DNA from: an archaeon
GTDB taxonomy: Archaea; Thermoproteota; Nitrososphaeria; Conexivisphaerales; DTJL01
Reading direction: 5' to 3'
Length of the DNA: 48,793 bases
NCBI GenBank assembly: GCA_021811935.1
Contig: JAKAPW010000002.1
Span: forward strand, 1-48,793
The notes beneath the pieces were generated by a model that was not told where the DNA came from, made no database searches, and saw only the letters and a list, made by a program, of their open reading frames with translations. The position numbers and the translations under genes were made by a program. This document shows positions 16,788-26,291 of this stretch, in pieces. Numbering within the stretch: the first letter of the stretch is position 1; each line of letters begins with the position of its first letter.

Positions 16788-17393
16788 CTACCTGGCCAGA
16801 GAAAGGAAGTGCCTGTGCAGCCGGGTGTCCCCCGAAAGCTCCGGGTGGAAGCACGTCGCGAGTATGTTGCGCTGCTGGACGGCGACTATCCCTTCGTCCA
16901 GCCTGGAGAGGACCTCGACCCCCTCCCCCACGGAGCTCACCACCGGGGCCCGTATGAAGACGCCGCGGAAGGGCTTCTCTCCCAGCTTGGGTATCGAGAC
17001 TGCCGTCTCGAACGACTCCCGCTGCCTGCCGAAGGCGTTGCGGCGCACCGTGGCGTCCAGCACCCCGAACAGGGGCTGCTTCGTCGGGCCCACCACCCTG
17101 TCCTCCACCCTGGCCGAAAGCGCTATCGCCCCCGCGCACGTCCCCAGGGCGGGCAGCCCCTCGGCGATCCTCTGCCTGAGCCTGGTGAGGGTGCCGTTGG
17201 TGGAGGCCAGGTAGCCCATGACGGTGCTTTCTCCCCCCGGTATGACCACGCCGTCGGCCAGGTCGACCGATTCCGGGGTCTTCAGCATGGTGGTCTCGCC
17301 GTGGACCCCTTCCTCTTCCATCGCCTGCGCTATGGCGCGGACGTGCTCCTCTATGTCCCCCTGTATGCCCAATATGCCTATCCTGAGCGTCAG
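16788..17393 (-). CDS. pdxT: Pyridoxal 5'-phosphate synthase glutaminase subunit PdxT
   Basis: [22 protein letters not shown], catalytic [13 protein letters not shown]. There is no ATG near the N-terminus; the candidate start is a CTG overlapping the pdxS stop, or another non-canonical codon. Confidence 0.85.
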   Translation of the reverse strand: MTLRIGILGIQGDIEEHVRAIAQAMEEEGVHGETTMLKTPESVDLADGVVIPGGESTVMGYLASTNGTLTRLRQRIAEGLPALGTCAGAIALSARVEDRVVGPTKQPLFGVLDATVRRNAFGRQRESFETAVSIPKLGEKPFRGVFIRAPVVSSVGEGVEVLSRLDEGIVAVQQRNILATCFHPELSGDTRLHRHFLSLAR

Positions 17394-18403
17394 AGCTGGG
17401 CACCCCTTTCCTGCATCCTGAGGTCCGTCTGCTTGGAGTCCATGCCGAGCAGGGACTTGCGTTCGTCCACCATCCTCTGCGCCTCGGCGACGGTCTTGGA
17501 GTCGTCCCAGAAGGTGGTGGCGAGCACCACCGCCCTGGCCCTTTCCGCGGGGTCTTCGCTCTTGAATATGCCCGAGCCCACGAATATGCCGTCGCACCCG
17601 AGCTGCATCATCTGGGCGGCGTCGGCCGGCGTGGCTATCCCTCCTGCCGCGAAGTTGACCACCGGCAGCCTTCCGAGCTTGGCCGTCTCCAGCGCCAGTT
17701 CGTAGGCCACCCTCATCTCCCTGGCCGTCTTGAGCAGCTCCTGTGTGTCGCCCGCGGAGTGGAACGCCCTCAGCCTGGCTACCTCCGCGTTCACCACCCT
17801 CACGTGCTTTATCGCTTCGGCCACGTTGCCCGTCCCCGGCTCGCCCTTCGTCCTTATCATGGCCGCGCCCTCCTCTATCCTGCGGAGCGCTTCGCCCAGG
17901 TCCCGGGCGCCGTCCACGAAGGGGGTCGTGAAGTCCCACTTCCAGATGTGCCTCTCCTCGTCCGCCGGCGTGAGCACCTCCGACTCGTCGATCATGTCGA
18001 CGCCCGCGTCCTCCAGCACCCTGGCCTCGTAGGTGTGCCCTATCCTGCACTTCGCCATGACGGGTATGGTGGTCGTCTTCAGGATTTCATATATGGCGCT
18101 GAGGCTGGCGGTCCTGGCCACCCCTCCCGCCTTCCTGATGTCGTAGGGAAGCTTGTCGAGCACCATCACGGCCACCGCCCCCGCGTCCTCGGCTATCTGG
18201 GCCTGCTCCGCGTTGGTGACGTCCATTATGACGCCGTGCTTCAGCATGTGGGCGAAGCCGCGCTTGAGGAGGGTGCTCCCCACCACCTTGGTCTCCTGGC
18301 TCGGGAGCCCCGCCGCGCCGCGTCTCCCGTCCTCGCGCGAACCCACCAGCGATATCAAGTCTGTAACGACCGCCTCCCGCCGCGTATTTATCGTTTGCCT
18401 CAC
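17390..18403 (-). CDS. pdxS: Pyridoxal 5'-phosphate synthase lyase subunit PdxS
   Basis: [51 protein letters not shown] and [15 protein letters not shown] motifs. Confidence 0.95.
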   Translation of the reverse strand: MRQTINTRREAVVTDLISLVGSREDGRRGAAGLPSQETKVVGSTLLKRGFAHMLKHGVIMDVTNAEQAQIAEDAGAVAVMVLDKLPYDIRKAGGVARTASLSAIYEILKTTTIPVMAKCRIGHTYEARVLEDAGVDMIDESEVLTPADEERHIWKWDFTTPFVDGARDLGEALRRIEEGAAMIRTKGEPGTGNVAEAIKHVRVVNAEVARLRAFHSAGDTQELLKTAREMRVAYELALETAKLGRLPVVNFAAGGIATPADAAQMMQLGCDGIFVGSGIFKSEDPAERARAVVLATTFWDDSKTVAEAQRMVDERKSLLGMDSKQTDLRMQERGAQL

Positions 18404-18408
18404 ATGCC

Positions 18409-19128
18409 TCAGACGAACGCCAGGAGGCTGCCTATGATGTAGAGTACGGCCGAAGCGACCGCGCCGACAAGGAGCATCTCCAGCGCGGGCTTCAGCGTCC
18501 TCCCGGCCAGGCGCCCCCTCATGAAGCCCGTAAAGAAGAGGAAGACCAGGGAGACGAGCACGGACGCCGGGACGGCCGTCGCCCTGGAAGGCAGCAGGAG
18601 GTATATGCTCAGGGGGACGAACGCGCCGACAAGGAAGGAAAGCCCTATGGTCGAGGCGACCTTGTAGGGGTTCCTTATGTCCCCCCTGTGGAGGTGAAGC
18701 TCGTGCATCAGCATGTCCTCCAGCCAGACCTTCTTGTCGGACGTGACCCTGCTCACCACGGTGTCTGCCTCGGCCCGGGTCAGCCCCTTGGCCATGTAGA
18801 ACTGCCTGAGCTCCTGCCTTTCCTCCTCCGGCTCCTGCTCTATCTCCTTGGACTCCCTGGCCGAGTCCACCTGGAAGAGGTGGGAGTCGGACCGGCCCTT
18901 GAGGAGGCCGCCGGAGAACATGGATACGGCCCCCGCTATCATGGCTGCTATCCCTGCCAGCCGTATCACGGCGATGTCCGGCACGGCTCCGGCGAACCCG
19001 GCCAGGAAGGCCAGGTTGGTGACCAGGCCGTCCGACAGGCCCAGCGAGACGTCGCTTATTATCCAGCGCCCCCGGATGTGCCCGTGCAGCTCCCGGGGGG
19101 TCGGACGCGGATGGGAGGGTGCGCTCAT
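18409..19128 (-). CDS. VIT1/CCC1-family iron/manganese transporter
   Basis: [21 protein letters not shown], the acidic helix [13 protein letters not shown] and the C-terminal TM bundle. ATG at 19128 inside the longer ORF 18409..19614. Confidence 0.85.
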   Translation of the reverse strand: MSAPSHPRPTPRELHGHIRGRWIISDVSLGLSDGLVTNLAFLAGFAGAVPDIAVIRLAGIAAMIAGAVSMFSGGLLKGRSDSHLFQVDSARESKEIEQEPEEERQELRQFYMAKGLTRAEADTVVSRVTSDKKVWLEDMLMHELHLHRGDIRNPYKVASTIGLSFLVGAFVPLSIYLLLPSRATAVPASVLVSLVFLFFTGFMRGRLAGRTLKPALEMLLVGAVASAVLYIIGSLLAFV

Positions 19129-19178
19129 CCGGAGCCGGGGTGCCGCCCCCCGTTCATAGGACTTTCCCCGGACGGCCG

Positions 19179-20189
19179 TCATATGGATGCCGGGCCCTTC
19201 TGGACGACCAGGTCGTACCCCAGCGAGGAGCCCGTCATGGTGGCCGCCCTGATGTCGTAGCTGCTCCCGACCACGACGGGCATGTTCAGCCAGACGGTGT
19301 AGGTGTCGGTGGACGTGCCGTAGGAGTACGAATAGGCGGCGGACGAGCCGTTGACAGAGATGGCCCGGATCATCATGTCCGAAGGCAGCGGGGTCAGCTT
19401 GGAAACCGTGAGGACGAGACGGGCGGGCATCATGTTGTATATGCCGACGTCGTCCAGGTAGCATATGGCGTTCGAGGGATGGATGTAGAAGGATTCGAGC
19501 AGGTAGTGCGAAGGGTTGGAGTCCGTGGTCGTGTACCCGTATTTGAACGCCAGGAACTTCTGGTAGATGGTGATCATGCGCTGGGTGGCCAGCTGGAGCA
19601 CGTAGGTCTGCCACCCGCCTCCGGGGGATATCTGCTTCACCAGGCTCGTCCCGTCCACCGTGGGGACGATGCCTGTCTGGTTCCCGTAGACGGACGAGTT
19701 GGCGAAGACCACGATGACCGTGATGTTGTACAGGTTCTGGTAGGAGACCGTCAGGACGGCGTCGAGGAAGCTGGGCTGGGTGGCGTTCACCTTCCCTTCG
19801 TATTTCATGCCGAGCGAGAAGACCATGGAGGTGTTCAGGTTGACGGGCAGCGTCGAGCCGTTGTTATATTTCAAGGACGTGACGTTGTCCCCGGCCGCCG
19901 CGCTGATGAAGACGGCATGGGAGCCGGAGAGGGCGTTCCCCGACGTTATGGTGATGGAGGGCGCGCTTCCCTTCTGCAGCAGCCAGGAGTTGGTCCCCTG
20001 CTCGAAGCTCGGATTCGCGGTGAGCGGGACGACCGCGTTTGAATACAGCGTGGCCGAGGATACGCTGATCCCCCCGGGGACGCTCAGCGGGAGGACGAAC
20101 ACCAGGAGCAGGATCAGGGCTATCGGCAGGGCCACCATCAGCGCCCTCCGTCCGACCTTCACACTGCGCAGTCGCCCTGTCATGCTCAA
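19179..20189 (-). CDS. Secreted or membrane-anchored protein with a CBM4/9-like beta-sandwich signature and many N-glycosylation sequons
   Basis: Signal/anchor RRALMVALPIALILLLVFVL. NPSFEQGTNSW resembles the opening strand of carbohydrate-binding or galactose-binding-like domains. 8 N-x-S/T sequons counted. Confidence 0.55.
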   Translation of the reverse strand: MSMTGRLRSVKVGRRALMVALPIALILLLVFVLPLSVPGGISVSSATLYSNAVVPLTANPSFEQGTNSWLLQKGSAPSITITSGNALSGSHAVFISAAAGDNVTSLKYNNGSTLPVNLNTSMVFSLGMKYEGKVNATQPSFLDAVLTVSYQNLYNITVIVVFANSSVYGNQTGIVPTVDGTSLVKQISPGGGWQTYVLQLATQRMITIYQKFLAFKYGYTTTDSNPSHYLLESFYIHPSNAICYLDDVGIYNMMPARLVLTVSKLTPLPSDMMIRAISVNGSSAAYSYSYGTSTDTYTVWLNMPVVVGSSYDIRAATMTGSSLGYDLVVQKGPASI

Positions 20190-20198
20190 ATACCTTCC

Positions 20199-20789
20199 TT
20201 ACGTTTCCCCGGCCAGGACGACCTTCCCGTCCACCACGTCGACCTTCAGCAGGGTCTTGACGCGGACTCCCGTCTCCCGCTCCACCTCCTCCGCCCCCGC
20301 CAGGCCCGCCCTTTCTATCACCACGCCGCAATCCACCACCTTCACCCCGATCTTCTGCAGGGCGCGGATTATCGCGACCAGCGTCCCGCCGGTCGCTATT
20401 ATGGAGTCCACCAGCACCACCCCCTCCCCCTTCGCCACCCCGTTGATGTACATGACCGACTCCTCGTAGGCCGTCCTCTTGGTTATCTTGACTTCGTCGG
20501 GCAGAAAGTAGGAGCGCTTGCGTATCATCAGCAGCGGGACCCCGGTCACCATGCTCACCGACGCCCCTATGTGGAAGCCCATGGCCTCCGGCGCCATTAT
20601 CTTGTTCGCTGCCTTGATGTCGAGCATCCTGGCCACCTCGTAGCCGCAGCCCCAGAGCGCTTCGCTCGGTATGGCCGGGACGCCCGAGCTCAGCGGGTTG
20701 ACTATGTAGTCGTAGGCATTCCGACCCTGCCTGATCTTGACGACCCTCGCCTTGAGCAGGTCCTGCTTGACAAGGCCGAGCCAGTCCAT
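20199..20789 (-). CDS. hpt: Archaeal hypoxanthine/guanine (purine) phosphoribosyltransferase
   Basis: PRPP-binding motif VVLVDSIIATGGT. IMAPEAMGFHIGASVSMVTGVPLLMIRKR is typical of the archaeal Hpt family. Confidence 0.85.
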   Translation of the reverse strand: MDWLGLVKQDLLKARVVKIRQGRNAYDYIVNPLSSGVPAIPSEALWGCGYEVARMLDIKAANKIMAPEAMGFHIGASVSMVTGVPLLMIRKRSYFLPDEVKITKRTAYEESVMYINGVAKGEGVVLVDSIIATGGTLVAIIRALQKIGVKVVDCGVVIERAGLAGAEEVERETGVRVKTLLKVDVVDGKVVLAGET

Positions 20790-20803
20790 GCCCCGCCCAC
20801 CTT

Positions 20804-22384
20804 GTGGCAGGCTTATATACGCACCTTCCGGGCGGGGTGCTTGTGGCGGCCCGGTGCGACATACTGGTCCTCGACTTCGGTGGCCAATACGCGCATCTGA
20901 TCCAGCGGCGGCTCAAGGACCTGGGCGTGAAGGCCGAGCTGGCAAGGAGCGACGTATCCCCCGGGGAGGTGACGAGGAGGGGGGCCAGGGGCATAGTGCT
21001 GTCCGGAGGGCCCGCCAGCACCCTCGACGAGCGGACCCCTCCCATGGACGCGGGCGTGCTGCGCATCGGGATACCCGTCCTCGGCATATGCTACGGCCAT
21101 CAGCTGATAGCCAGGGAGCTGGGCGGCAGAGTGACTACCGGGGTCGCCGCGGAATACGGAAGGACGCGCGTCAGGGTCCAGAAGGGGTCCACCATACTGC
21201 GGGACGTCCGCCCTAGCTTCAGGGTCTGGATGAGCCACGCCGACACGGTGGCTTCTCCGCCGCGCGGCTTCGTCCCGGTGGCCCGGTCGGAGGACGGGGT
21301 CATAGCAGCGATGGAGGACGGGAAGAGGCGCATCTTCGGGCTGCAGTTCCACCCGGAGGTTTCCCACACCGAGTTCGGGAAGGAGATACTGTCCAGTTTC
21401 GCGTTCGACGTCTGCGGCTGCCGGAGGGGATGGGAGCCGGGGGATTTCATCGGCGACAAGGTCAGGGAGATAAAGGACAGCGTGGGGGGCGGAAGGGTCC
21501 TCTGCGCGGTGAGCGGCGGCGTGGATTCCACTACGGCCGCCGTGCTGGTGGGACGGGCGGTCGGTGACAGGCTCAAGTGCCTCTTCGTGGACCACGGCCT
21601 CCTGAGGAAGGGGGAGGCGGCCGCGGTGATGGAGCTCCTGAAGGACAGGCTGGGACTGGACGTGGCGCACGTGGACGCCTCCGAGAGGTTCATGAAGGCG
21701 CTGAAGGGGACGAAGGACCCGGAAGAGAAGAGGCTCGCCATAGGGTCGGAGTTCGCGGCCGTCTTCGAAGAGTTCAGCCGGAAGGAGGGCCCCTTCGAGT
21801 GGCTGGCGCAGGGGACGCTGTACCCCGACGTGATAGAGAGCGGAAGGTCGGGCGGCCCGGCGTCGAAGATCAAGTCGCACCACAACGTCGGCGGACTGCC
21901 CGGCGGGCTCCGGCTGAAGGTGCTCGAGCCGTTCAGGGAGCTGTACAAGGACCAGGTCAGGGAGATAGCGTCGGCGCTGGGCCTCTCCGGCGGCTTCACG
22001 TCCAGGCACCCGTTCCCGGGCACCGGGCTGGCGGTGAGGGTGATAGGGGAGGTCACGCCGGACAAGCTGCGTATATGCAGGGAGAGCTCCGCAGTCTTCG
22101 AAGAAGAGCTGCAGCGCGCAGGGCTGCACGACCGGCTGTGGCAGGCCTTCGCTGTGGTGGGGGACGACAAGGTGGTGGGCGTGACGGGCGACTCCAGGAC
22201 GCATGGCCATCTGGTGACGCTCAGGGCGGTCAGGTCCAGCGACGGGATGACGGCGGAGTGGGCCCGGCTTCCCGCCGCGCTGCTGGACAGGGTCAGCAGG
22301 AGGATAACCAACGAGGTCGCGGGGGTGGCCATGGTGTCCTACGCGATATCGAACAAGCCCCCTTCGACCATAGAGCCGCAATAG
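20804..22384 (+). CDS. guaA: GMP synthase (glutamine-hydrolysing), fused GATase + ATP-pyrophosphatase
   Basis: ILVLDFGGQYAHLIQRRL, GICYGHQL, SGGVDSTT (PP-loop) and the C-terminal PPSTIEPQ. The true start is probably GTG 20837 or 20843, because the longest ORF includes the TATA box. Confidence 0.95.
   Translation: MAGLYTHLPGGVLVAARCDILVLDFGGQYAHLIQRRLKDLGVKAELARSDVSPGEVTRRGARGIVLSGGPASTLDERTPPMDAGVLRIGIPVLGICYGHQLIARELGGRVTTGVAAEYGRTRVRVQKGSTILRDVRPSFRVWMSHADTVASPPRGFVPVARSEDGVIAAMEDGKRRIFGLQFHPEVSHTEFGKEILSSFAFDVCGCRRGWEPGDFIGDKVREIKDSVGGGRVLCAVSGGVDSTTAAVLVGRAVGDRLKCLFVDHGLLRKGEAAAVMELLKDRLGLDVAHVDASERFMKALKGTKDPEEKRLAIGSEFAAVFEEFSRKEGPFEWLAQGTLYPDVIESGRSGGPASKIKSHHNVGGLPGGLRLKVLEPFRELYKDQVREIASALGLSGGFTSRHPFPGTGLAVRVIGEVTPDKLRICRESSAVFEEELQRAGLHDRLWQAFAVVGDDKVVGVTGDSRTHGHLVTLRAVRSSDGMTAEWARLPAALLDRVSRRITNEVAGVAMVSYAISNKPPSTIEPQ
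20812..20819. promoter_or_regulatory. Near-palindromic TATA element shared by divergent hpt and guaA
   Basis: CTTATATA (reverse complement TATATAAG) lies 23 nt from the hpt ATG (20789) and 18-24 nt from the in-frame guaA GTGs at 20837 and 20843. Confidence 0.45.
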
Positions 22385-22416
22385 TCGCCGCCCGAATAAT
22401 TAGATTCGCAAGTTAG

Positions 22417-22425
22417 TTTATATAT
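22417..22425 (+). promoter_or_regulatory. TATA box upstream of lrp
   Basis: TTTATATAT ends 26 nt before the ATG at 22451, consistent with a leaderless or short-leader transcript. Confidence 0.5.
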
Positions 22426-22450
22426 GGGTCTGTGACGCATCGCGGGCGTT

Positions 22451-22906
22451 ATGAATAAATTCGATGAACTCGATATGAAAATCCTAAGAGAACTGGTGGA
22501 AGACACGAACCAGTCGGTCCCCAGGCTGAGCAAGAAGATACAGGTCAACTCCTCCGTGGCGTACAGCAGGATAAAGAGGCTGATCAGGCGCGGCCTGATC
22601 AAGAGGTTCACGATAGAGGTCAACGACGAGCTGCTGGGCTACAAGGTCCAGGCCTACATAGGCGTCAACTCGGACGCCAAGATGAGGGATTCCGTGCTGA
22701 AGGAGCTGATGGGCCTGGACGAAGTCAGGTCGGTGGCCGAAGTCACCGGACGGTTCGACTTCGTGATAACGCTGAAGACGAAGACGCTGGAGGAGCTGCA
22801 CGGCACCGTCTCCTCGAAGATAGGCAACATACAGGGAGTGGAGCACACGGAGACGTTCATAGCCATGAGGACGGGCTCCAAGGTCCCTACCTACGTCACG
22901 GCCTAG
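22451..22906 (+). CDS. lrp: Lrp/AsnC-family transcriptional regulator
   Basis: N-terminal HTH LDMKILRELVEDTNQSVPRLSKKIQVNSSVAYSRIKRL, followed by a C-terminal RAM domain. Confidence 0.9.
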   Translation: MNKFDELDMKILRELVEDTNQSVPRLSKKIQVNSSVAYSRIKRLIRRGLIKRFTIEVNDELLGYKVQAYIGVNSDAKMRDSVLKELMGLDEVRSVAEVTGRFDFVITLKTKTLEELHGTVSSKIGNIQGVEHTETFIAMRTGSKVPTYVTA

Positions 22907-23865
22907 CTGGCCGCGTCGGGAAGGACGTGCGTGCCCGCCTTCCCCTCCACCGCTTCGTAAAGAAGCTCCAGGTGGGATATCACGGCCTCCTCCCCACCCG
23001 CCTCGATGAAGCGCATGGCGGCCTGGACCTTCGGACCCATGCTTCCCGACCTGAAGTGGCCTTCGCCGTGATAGGCCTTGAGCTCCGAATAGCTCACCCT
23101 CTCCAGCTTCCTCTGCCCCGGCCGCCCGTAGTCGACGTAGGCGCCGTCCACATCCGTGAGTATTATCAGCCTGCCTGCTTCGAGCAGTGATGCCAGAAGC
23201 TCGCCTCCCAGGTCCTTGTCGATCACGGCCTCGACCCCGCGGACCTCGCCCTCCATGACCACCGGTATCCCCCCGCCGCCGGCGGAGACGACCACGAAAC
23301 CCGACTCGACCAGCTTCCTTATCGCCTCCTTCTCCAGGATGTCCTTCGGCCTCGGAGAAGCGACCACCCGGCGCCACCCCTTGCCCGAGTCCTCCCTGTA
23401 GCGCTCGTCCGGCCGCTGCCTCTGGATCTCCTTCGCTTCCTCTTCGGTGTAGTAGGGGCCTACAGGCTTCGTCGGCCTGCCGAACGCCGGGTCGTTCCTG
23501 TCGACCAGGACGCGCGTCACGACGCTCACCGCCCTGGTCTTCAGCCCCCTCCTGTCCAGCTCGTTCTGCAGCGCCTGCTGGATCATGTATCCGACGAAGC
23601 CCTGCGTCTCCGCGCCGCAGACGTCCATGGGGAAGGGGGGGATGCCTAGGAGCTTGCTAGCGGCGTCGTGCCTCAGCATGGCCGCGCCGACCTGCGGCCC
23701 GTTGCCGTGCGTCAGGGCTATGCTGTACCCCTTCTGGAGCAGGTCGACCACCTTGGAAGCGGCGAACCTGACGTTGCGGTATTGCTCTTCGAAGCTTCCT
23801 TCCTCTCCTCGCCGGAGCAGCGCGTTCCCGCCCAGGGCCACGACCAGGAGGTCTTTTCGTCTCAT
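22903..23865 (-). CDS. arcC: Carbamate kinase
   Basis: LVVALGGNALL, ALTHGNGPQVG and VVSAGGGGIPV motifs. Its stop shares the palindrome CTAG with the lrp stop. Confidence 0.9.
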   Translation of the reverse strand: MRRKDLLVVALGGNALLRRGEEGSFEEQYRNVRFAASKVVDLLQKGYSIALTHGNGPQVGAAMLRHDAASKLLGIPPFPMDVCGAETQGFVGYMIQQALQNELDRRGLKTRAVSVVTRVLVDRNDPAFGRPTKPVGPYYTEEEAKEIQRQRPDERYREDSGKGWRRVVASPRPKDILEKEAIRKLVESGFVVVSAGGGGIPVVMEGEVRGVEAVIDKDLGGELLASLLEAGRLIILTDVDGAYVDYGRPGQRKLERVSYSELKAYHGEGHFRSGSMGPKVQAAMRFIEAGGEEAVISHLELLYEAVEGKAGTHVLPDAAS

Positions 23866-23892
23866 CGTAGGCCTGGGACAACCGGAAGAGCC

Positions 23893-23900
23893 GATATAAA
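23893..23900. promoter_or_regulatory. TATA-like element upstream of arcC (possibly bidirectional)
   Basis: Plus-strand GATATAAA, minus-strand TTTATATC, 28-35 nt from the arcC ATG at 23865. Confidence 0.4.
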
Positions 23901-24035
23901 GATGAGCCCGCCAACAGAAACGCTTTTCTCCATCGTGCGCCGACTGCCCGTTCGATGCAGCCCCTCAGGGTGGACCGTCTAGGGAAGGTGCACGAAGCCC
24001 AGAGGGGAGGGGGCATACCGAAGGAGATAGCGGAC

Positions 24036-24662
24036 ATGCTGGAATCGAGGCTGCCCGTCCTGGAGGAGGCCGTGGAGAAGGTGGAGGCCGCGTCCGGGAC
24101 GGTCTATCCGCCATACTACATAATGCCGCTGCTGATACTGGTCCGCAGCGAAGCGGAGGTGGGGGAGACGGGGGTCTACTACGCGAGGAACGTCCCGGTG
24201 GTGGTGGCCGGCAGGCTGAACCTGCTGATAGAGTTCACTGCCCCCCTGCTGCTGCACGCCTCGAAGCAGACGCTGCAGGCCGTGGCGGCGCACGAGTTCA
24301 CCCACTACCTGGAGCTGATCAGGAGGTTCTCCACGGCCCCGTCCTCTTCCCCTTCGCCTTCCACGATGTTCGAGGCGACGTACAAGGACATGCAGGAGGC
24401 CTTCCCTGCCGAGAAGGTCTTCGGCAGGTACAGGAGCCTCCTGACCGCCATGAACAGGAAGTTCGTGGAAGGCTTCGTCGACGAGCCGCTGAACAGGCGC
24501 GTCGTGAGGAGCTGGCTCGGGAAGAAGCTTCCGTGCGTGGCCGTCAGGCCCGACGACAACGCGGTCAAGATCCCGGTGACCGCCATAACTAATGCGAACC
24601 TGGACACGGCGGCCCTGGCGCGGATATCCTCGTTGCAGACGGACGGGAGGCGGCCCGCTTGA
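24036..24662 (+). CDS. Hypothetical protein with an HExxH (AAHEFTHY) putative zinc-metallopeptidase motif
   Basis: The ATG at 24036 is preceded by AAGGAG at 24021-24026. The only recognisable element is the single HEFTH motif. Its stop overlaps the TTG start of the next gene (TTGA). Confidence 0.45.
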   Translation: MLESRLPVLEEAVEKVEAASGTVYPPYYIMPLLILVRSEAEVGETGVYYARNVPVVVAGRLNLLIEFTAPLLLHASKQTLQAVAAHEFTHYLELIRRFSTAPSSSPSPSTMFEATYKDMQEAFPAEKVFGRYRSLLTAMNRKFVEGFVDEPLNRRVVRSWLGKKLPCVAVRPDDNAVKIPVTAITNANLDTAALARISSLQTDGRRPA

Positions 24663-26290
24663 CCTCCGCGGGCGTCCTCTCCGAACGGGAAAGGAAGAAG
24701 CTGACCGAGTCGGCCACGATCGCGGCCAAGAAGAGCAAGGTGCTCGCCGTGGCGGCCTACGGGTCGAGGGTCTCCGGCTACTCGCGGGAGGACAGCGACT
24801 ACGACATACTGGTCGTGACAGACAGGCAGAGGCCCAAGGCGAAGTACGCGTACGGGGAACACGACGGCCTGTACTTCTCGGCCCTGCTGGTCCAGGGCGA
24901 CGCGTTCAACAGGGACTGCTCCGAGGCAGCCCTGGGGGAGTTCGCCGGCGGGAGGCTGCTCAACAGGTACGAGGAGATAACGGAGGGCGAATATTTCGCC
25001 GCCCCCGAGCTGTCCCTCAAGCGGCGGATAGTGATCGAATCGGTGCAGGAGGCGATAGAGAAGCTGGGCCCCCTCGCCAAGGGCATCATATTCCACCCGA
25101 AGTACTTCCTGTTCAACAAGCTGAAGAAGAGGGGGGCGATATATCCGCCGGTGACCTACAGCTACATAAAGACGTACTCGCCGCCGGTGGCCGAAGGAAA
25201 CCTGGAGTTCACCCTGGCAGGCTTCACCAGGGCGCTCGACGGGCTCTGCGGGGAGGGGCTGCTGAGGATGGTGGACGGAGGCTACATGATGACGGAGGAC
25301 GCGGAGAAGAGGATCAGGCTCCCGCCGTTTTCGTCCACCATAAGGCTGGCCCAGAGGGGGATCAGGCAGTATCTGACGCACGGCCTGGCGGGCGGGGTGG
25401 GCGTGGACGTCGCCCTGAGGGAACTTGCGTCGAAGCTGGGGCGGAGCAGGACGAAGATGACCGTCCCGGAGGACCTGTCCGAACCGCGCCGCTCGCTCTC
25501 GGTCAGGGAAGGAAGGCTCCTCTTCGGGGGCGACTGGCTGGAGGAGGTGATGGCGGAGCTCGGCGTGGGGGAGCCGCACGGGCACCAGTCCCACCAGTTC
25601 GGCGAGTTCTTCTCCTCCGTCGTGCTCCATACGGTGACCGGCCCCGCGGGCCTGAAGAAGTTCGTGGTCAAGAGATACCAGGACATATGGTCGTTCAAGT
25701 GGGTCGTGGCGAACCTGGTGGCCATCTCGGCGAAGTCGTTCGAATCGAGGCCTATGCACAGGCTGAGCATGGAGTACCAGGGGATGCTCTCCCTGCGGGA
25801 GATCGGCGTGAGGACGCCGCTGGTCTACGCGATAGTGCCGGACGAGAAGGTGATGGTGAGGGAGCATCTGGAGGGCGTGTCGCTCGAAGAGATGGCGGCC
25901 GGGAAGGGACCCCTCGACCCGACCGTCCTCTCCTGGGTGCGCAGGTTCGCCGAAATCCTCTCGAAGGTCCACGGGGCCAGGATGAGCGTGGGCGACACCA
26001 AGCCGAGCAACATACTCTGTGAAGGGGAGAAGATATCCCTGATAGACCTGGAGCAGTGCAGGGTAGGGGGGGACTACGCCTGGGACGTCGCCGAGTTCGT
26101 GTATTACAGCTGCATGACCATGAACGACCCGCTCATGGCGTTCGAGTTCGGACGGGCGTTCGCGTCAGCGTACGTCGAGGAGGGTGACCCGGCCGTCCTG
26201 CGGGGCGCGCAGGACCAGGCCTACACTCTCCCGTTCCAGGTGCTGGTCCAGCCCGACGTCCTCAGGTCGGCGAAGCAGGGCCTGTTGTGA
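24659..26290 (+). CDS. Fusion protein: N-terminal Pol-beta-type nucleotidyltransferase domain + C-terminal Kdo/RIO/Bud32-like protein-kinase-fold domain
   Basis: NTase signature AAYGSRVSGYSREDSDYDILVV (GS...DxD). Kinase-like elements: FVVKRY (Lys), catalytic-loop-like GDTKPSNIL and metal-binding-like LIDLEQ. Confidence 0.65.
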   Translation: MTSAGVLSERERKKLTESATIAAKKSKVLAVAAYGSRVSGYSREDSDYDILVVTDRQRPKAKYAYGEHDGLYFSALLVQGDAFNRDCSEAALGEFAGGRLLNRYEEITEGEYFAAPELSLKRRIVIESVQEAIEKLGPLAKGIIFHPKYFLFNKLKKRGAIYPPVTYSYIKTYSPPVAEGNLEFTLAGFTRALDGLCGEGLLRMVDGGYMMTEDAEKRIRLPPFSSTIRLAQRGIRQYLTHGLAGGVGVDVALRELASKLGRSRTKMTVPEDLSEPRRSLSVREGRLLFGGDWLEEVMAELGVGEPHGHQSHQFGEFFSSVVLHTVTGPAGLKKFVVKRYQDIWSFKWVVANLVAISAKSFESRPMHRLSMEYQGMLSLREIGVRTPLVYAIVPDEKVMVREHLEGVSLEEMAAGKGPLDPTVLSWVRRFAEILSKVHGARMSVGDTKPSNILCEGEKISLIDLEQCRVGGDYAWDVAEFVYYSCMTMNDPLMAFEFGRAFASAYVEEGDPAVLRGAQDQAYTLPFQVLVQPDVLRSAKQGLL

Positions 26291-26291
26291 G

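Noticed and set aside
22903-22906. lrp and arcC stop codons share the palindrome CTAG. There are also 19-nt convergent overlaps at 5954-5972 and 16476-16494.
   Set aside because: These are real in the sequence but are ordinary consequences of compact genomes. There is no evidence of function.
24305-25972. 555-aa ORF antisense to the NTase-kinase gene, and the 476-aa +2-frame ORF 24592..26022.
   Set aside because: The composition is biased (R/G/P/E) and there are no motifs. The 24659..26290 frame carries both the NTase and the kinase signatures.
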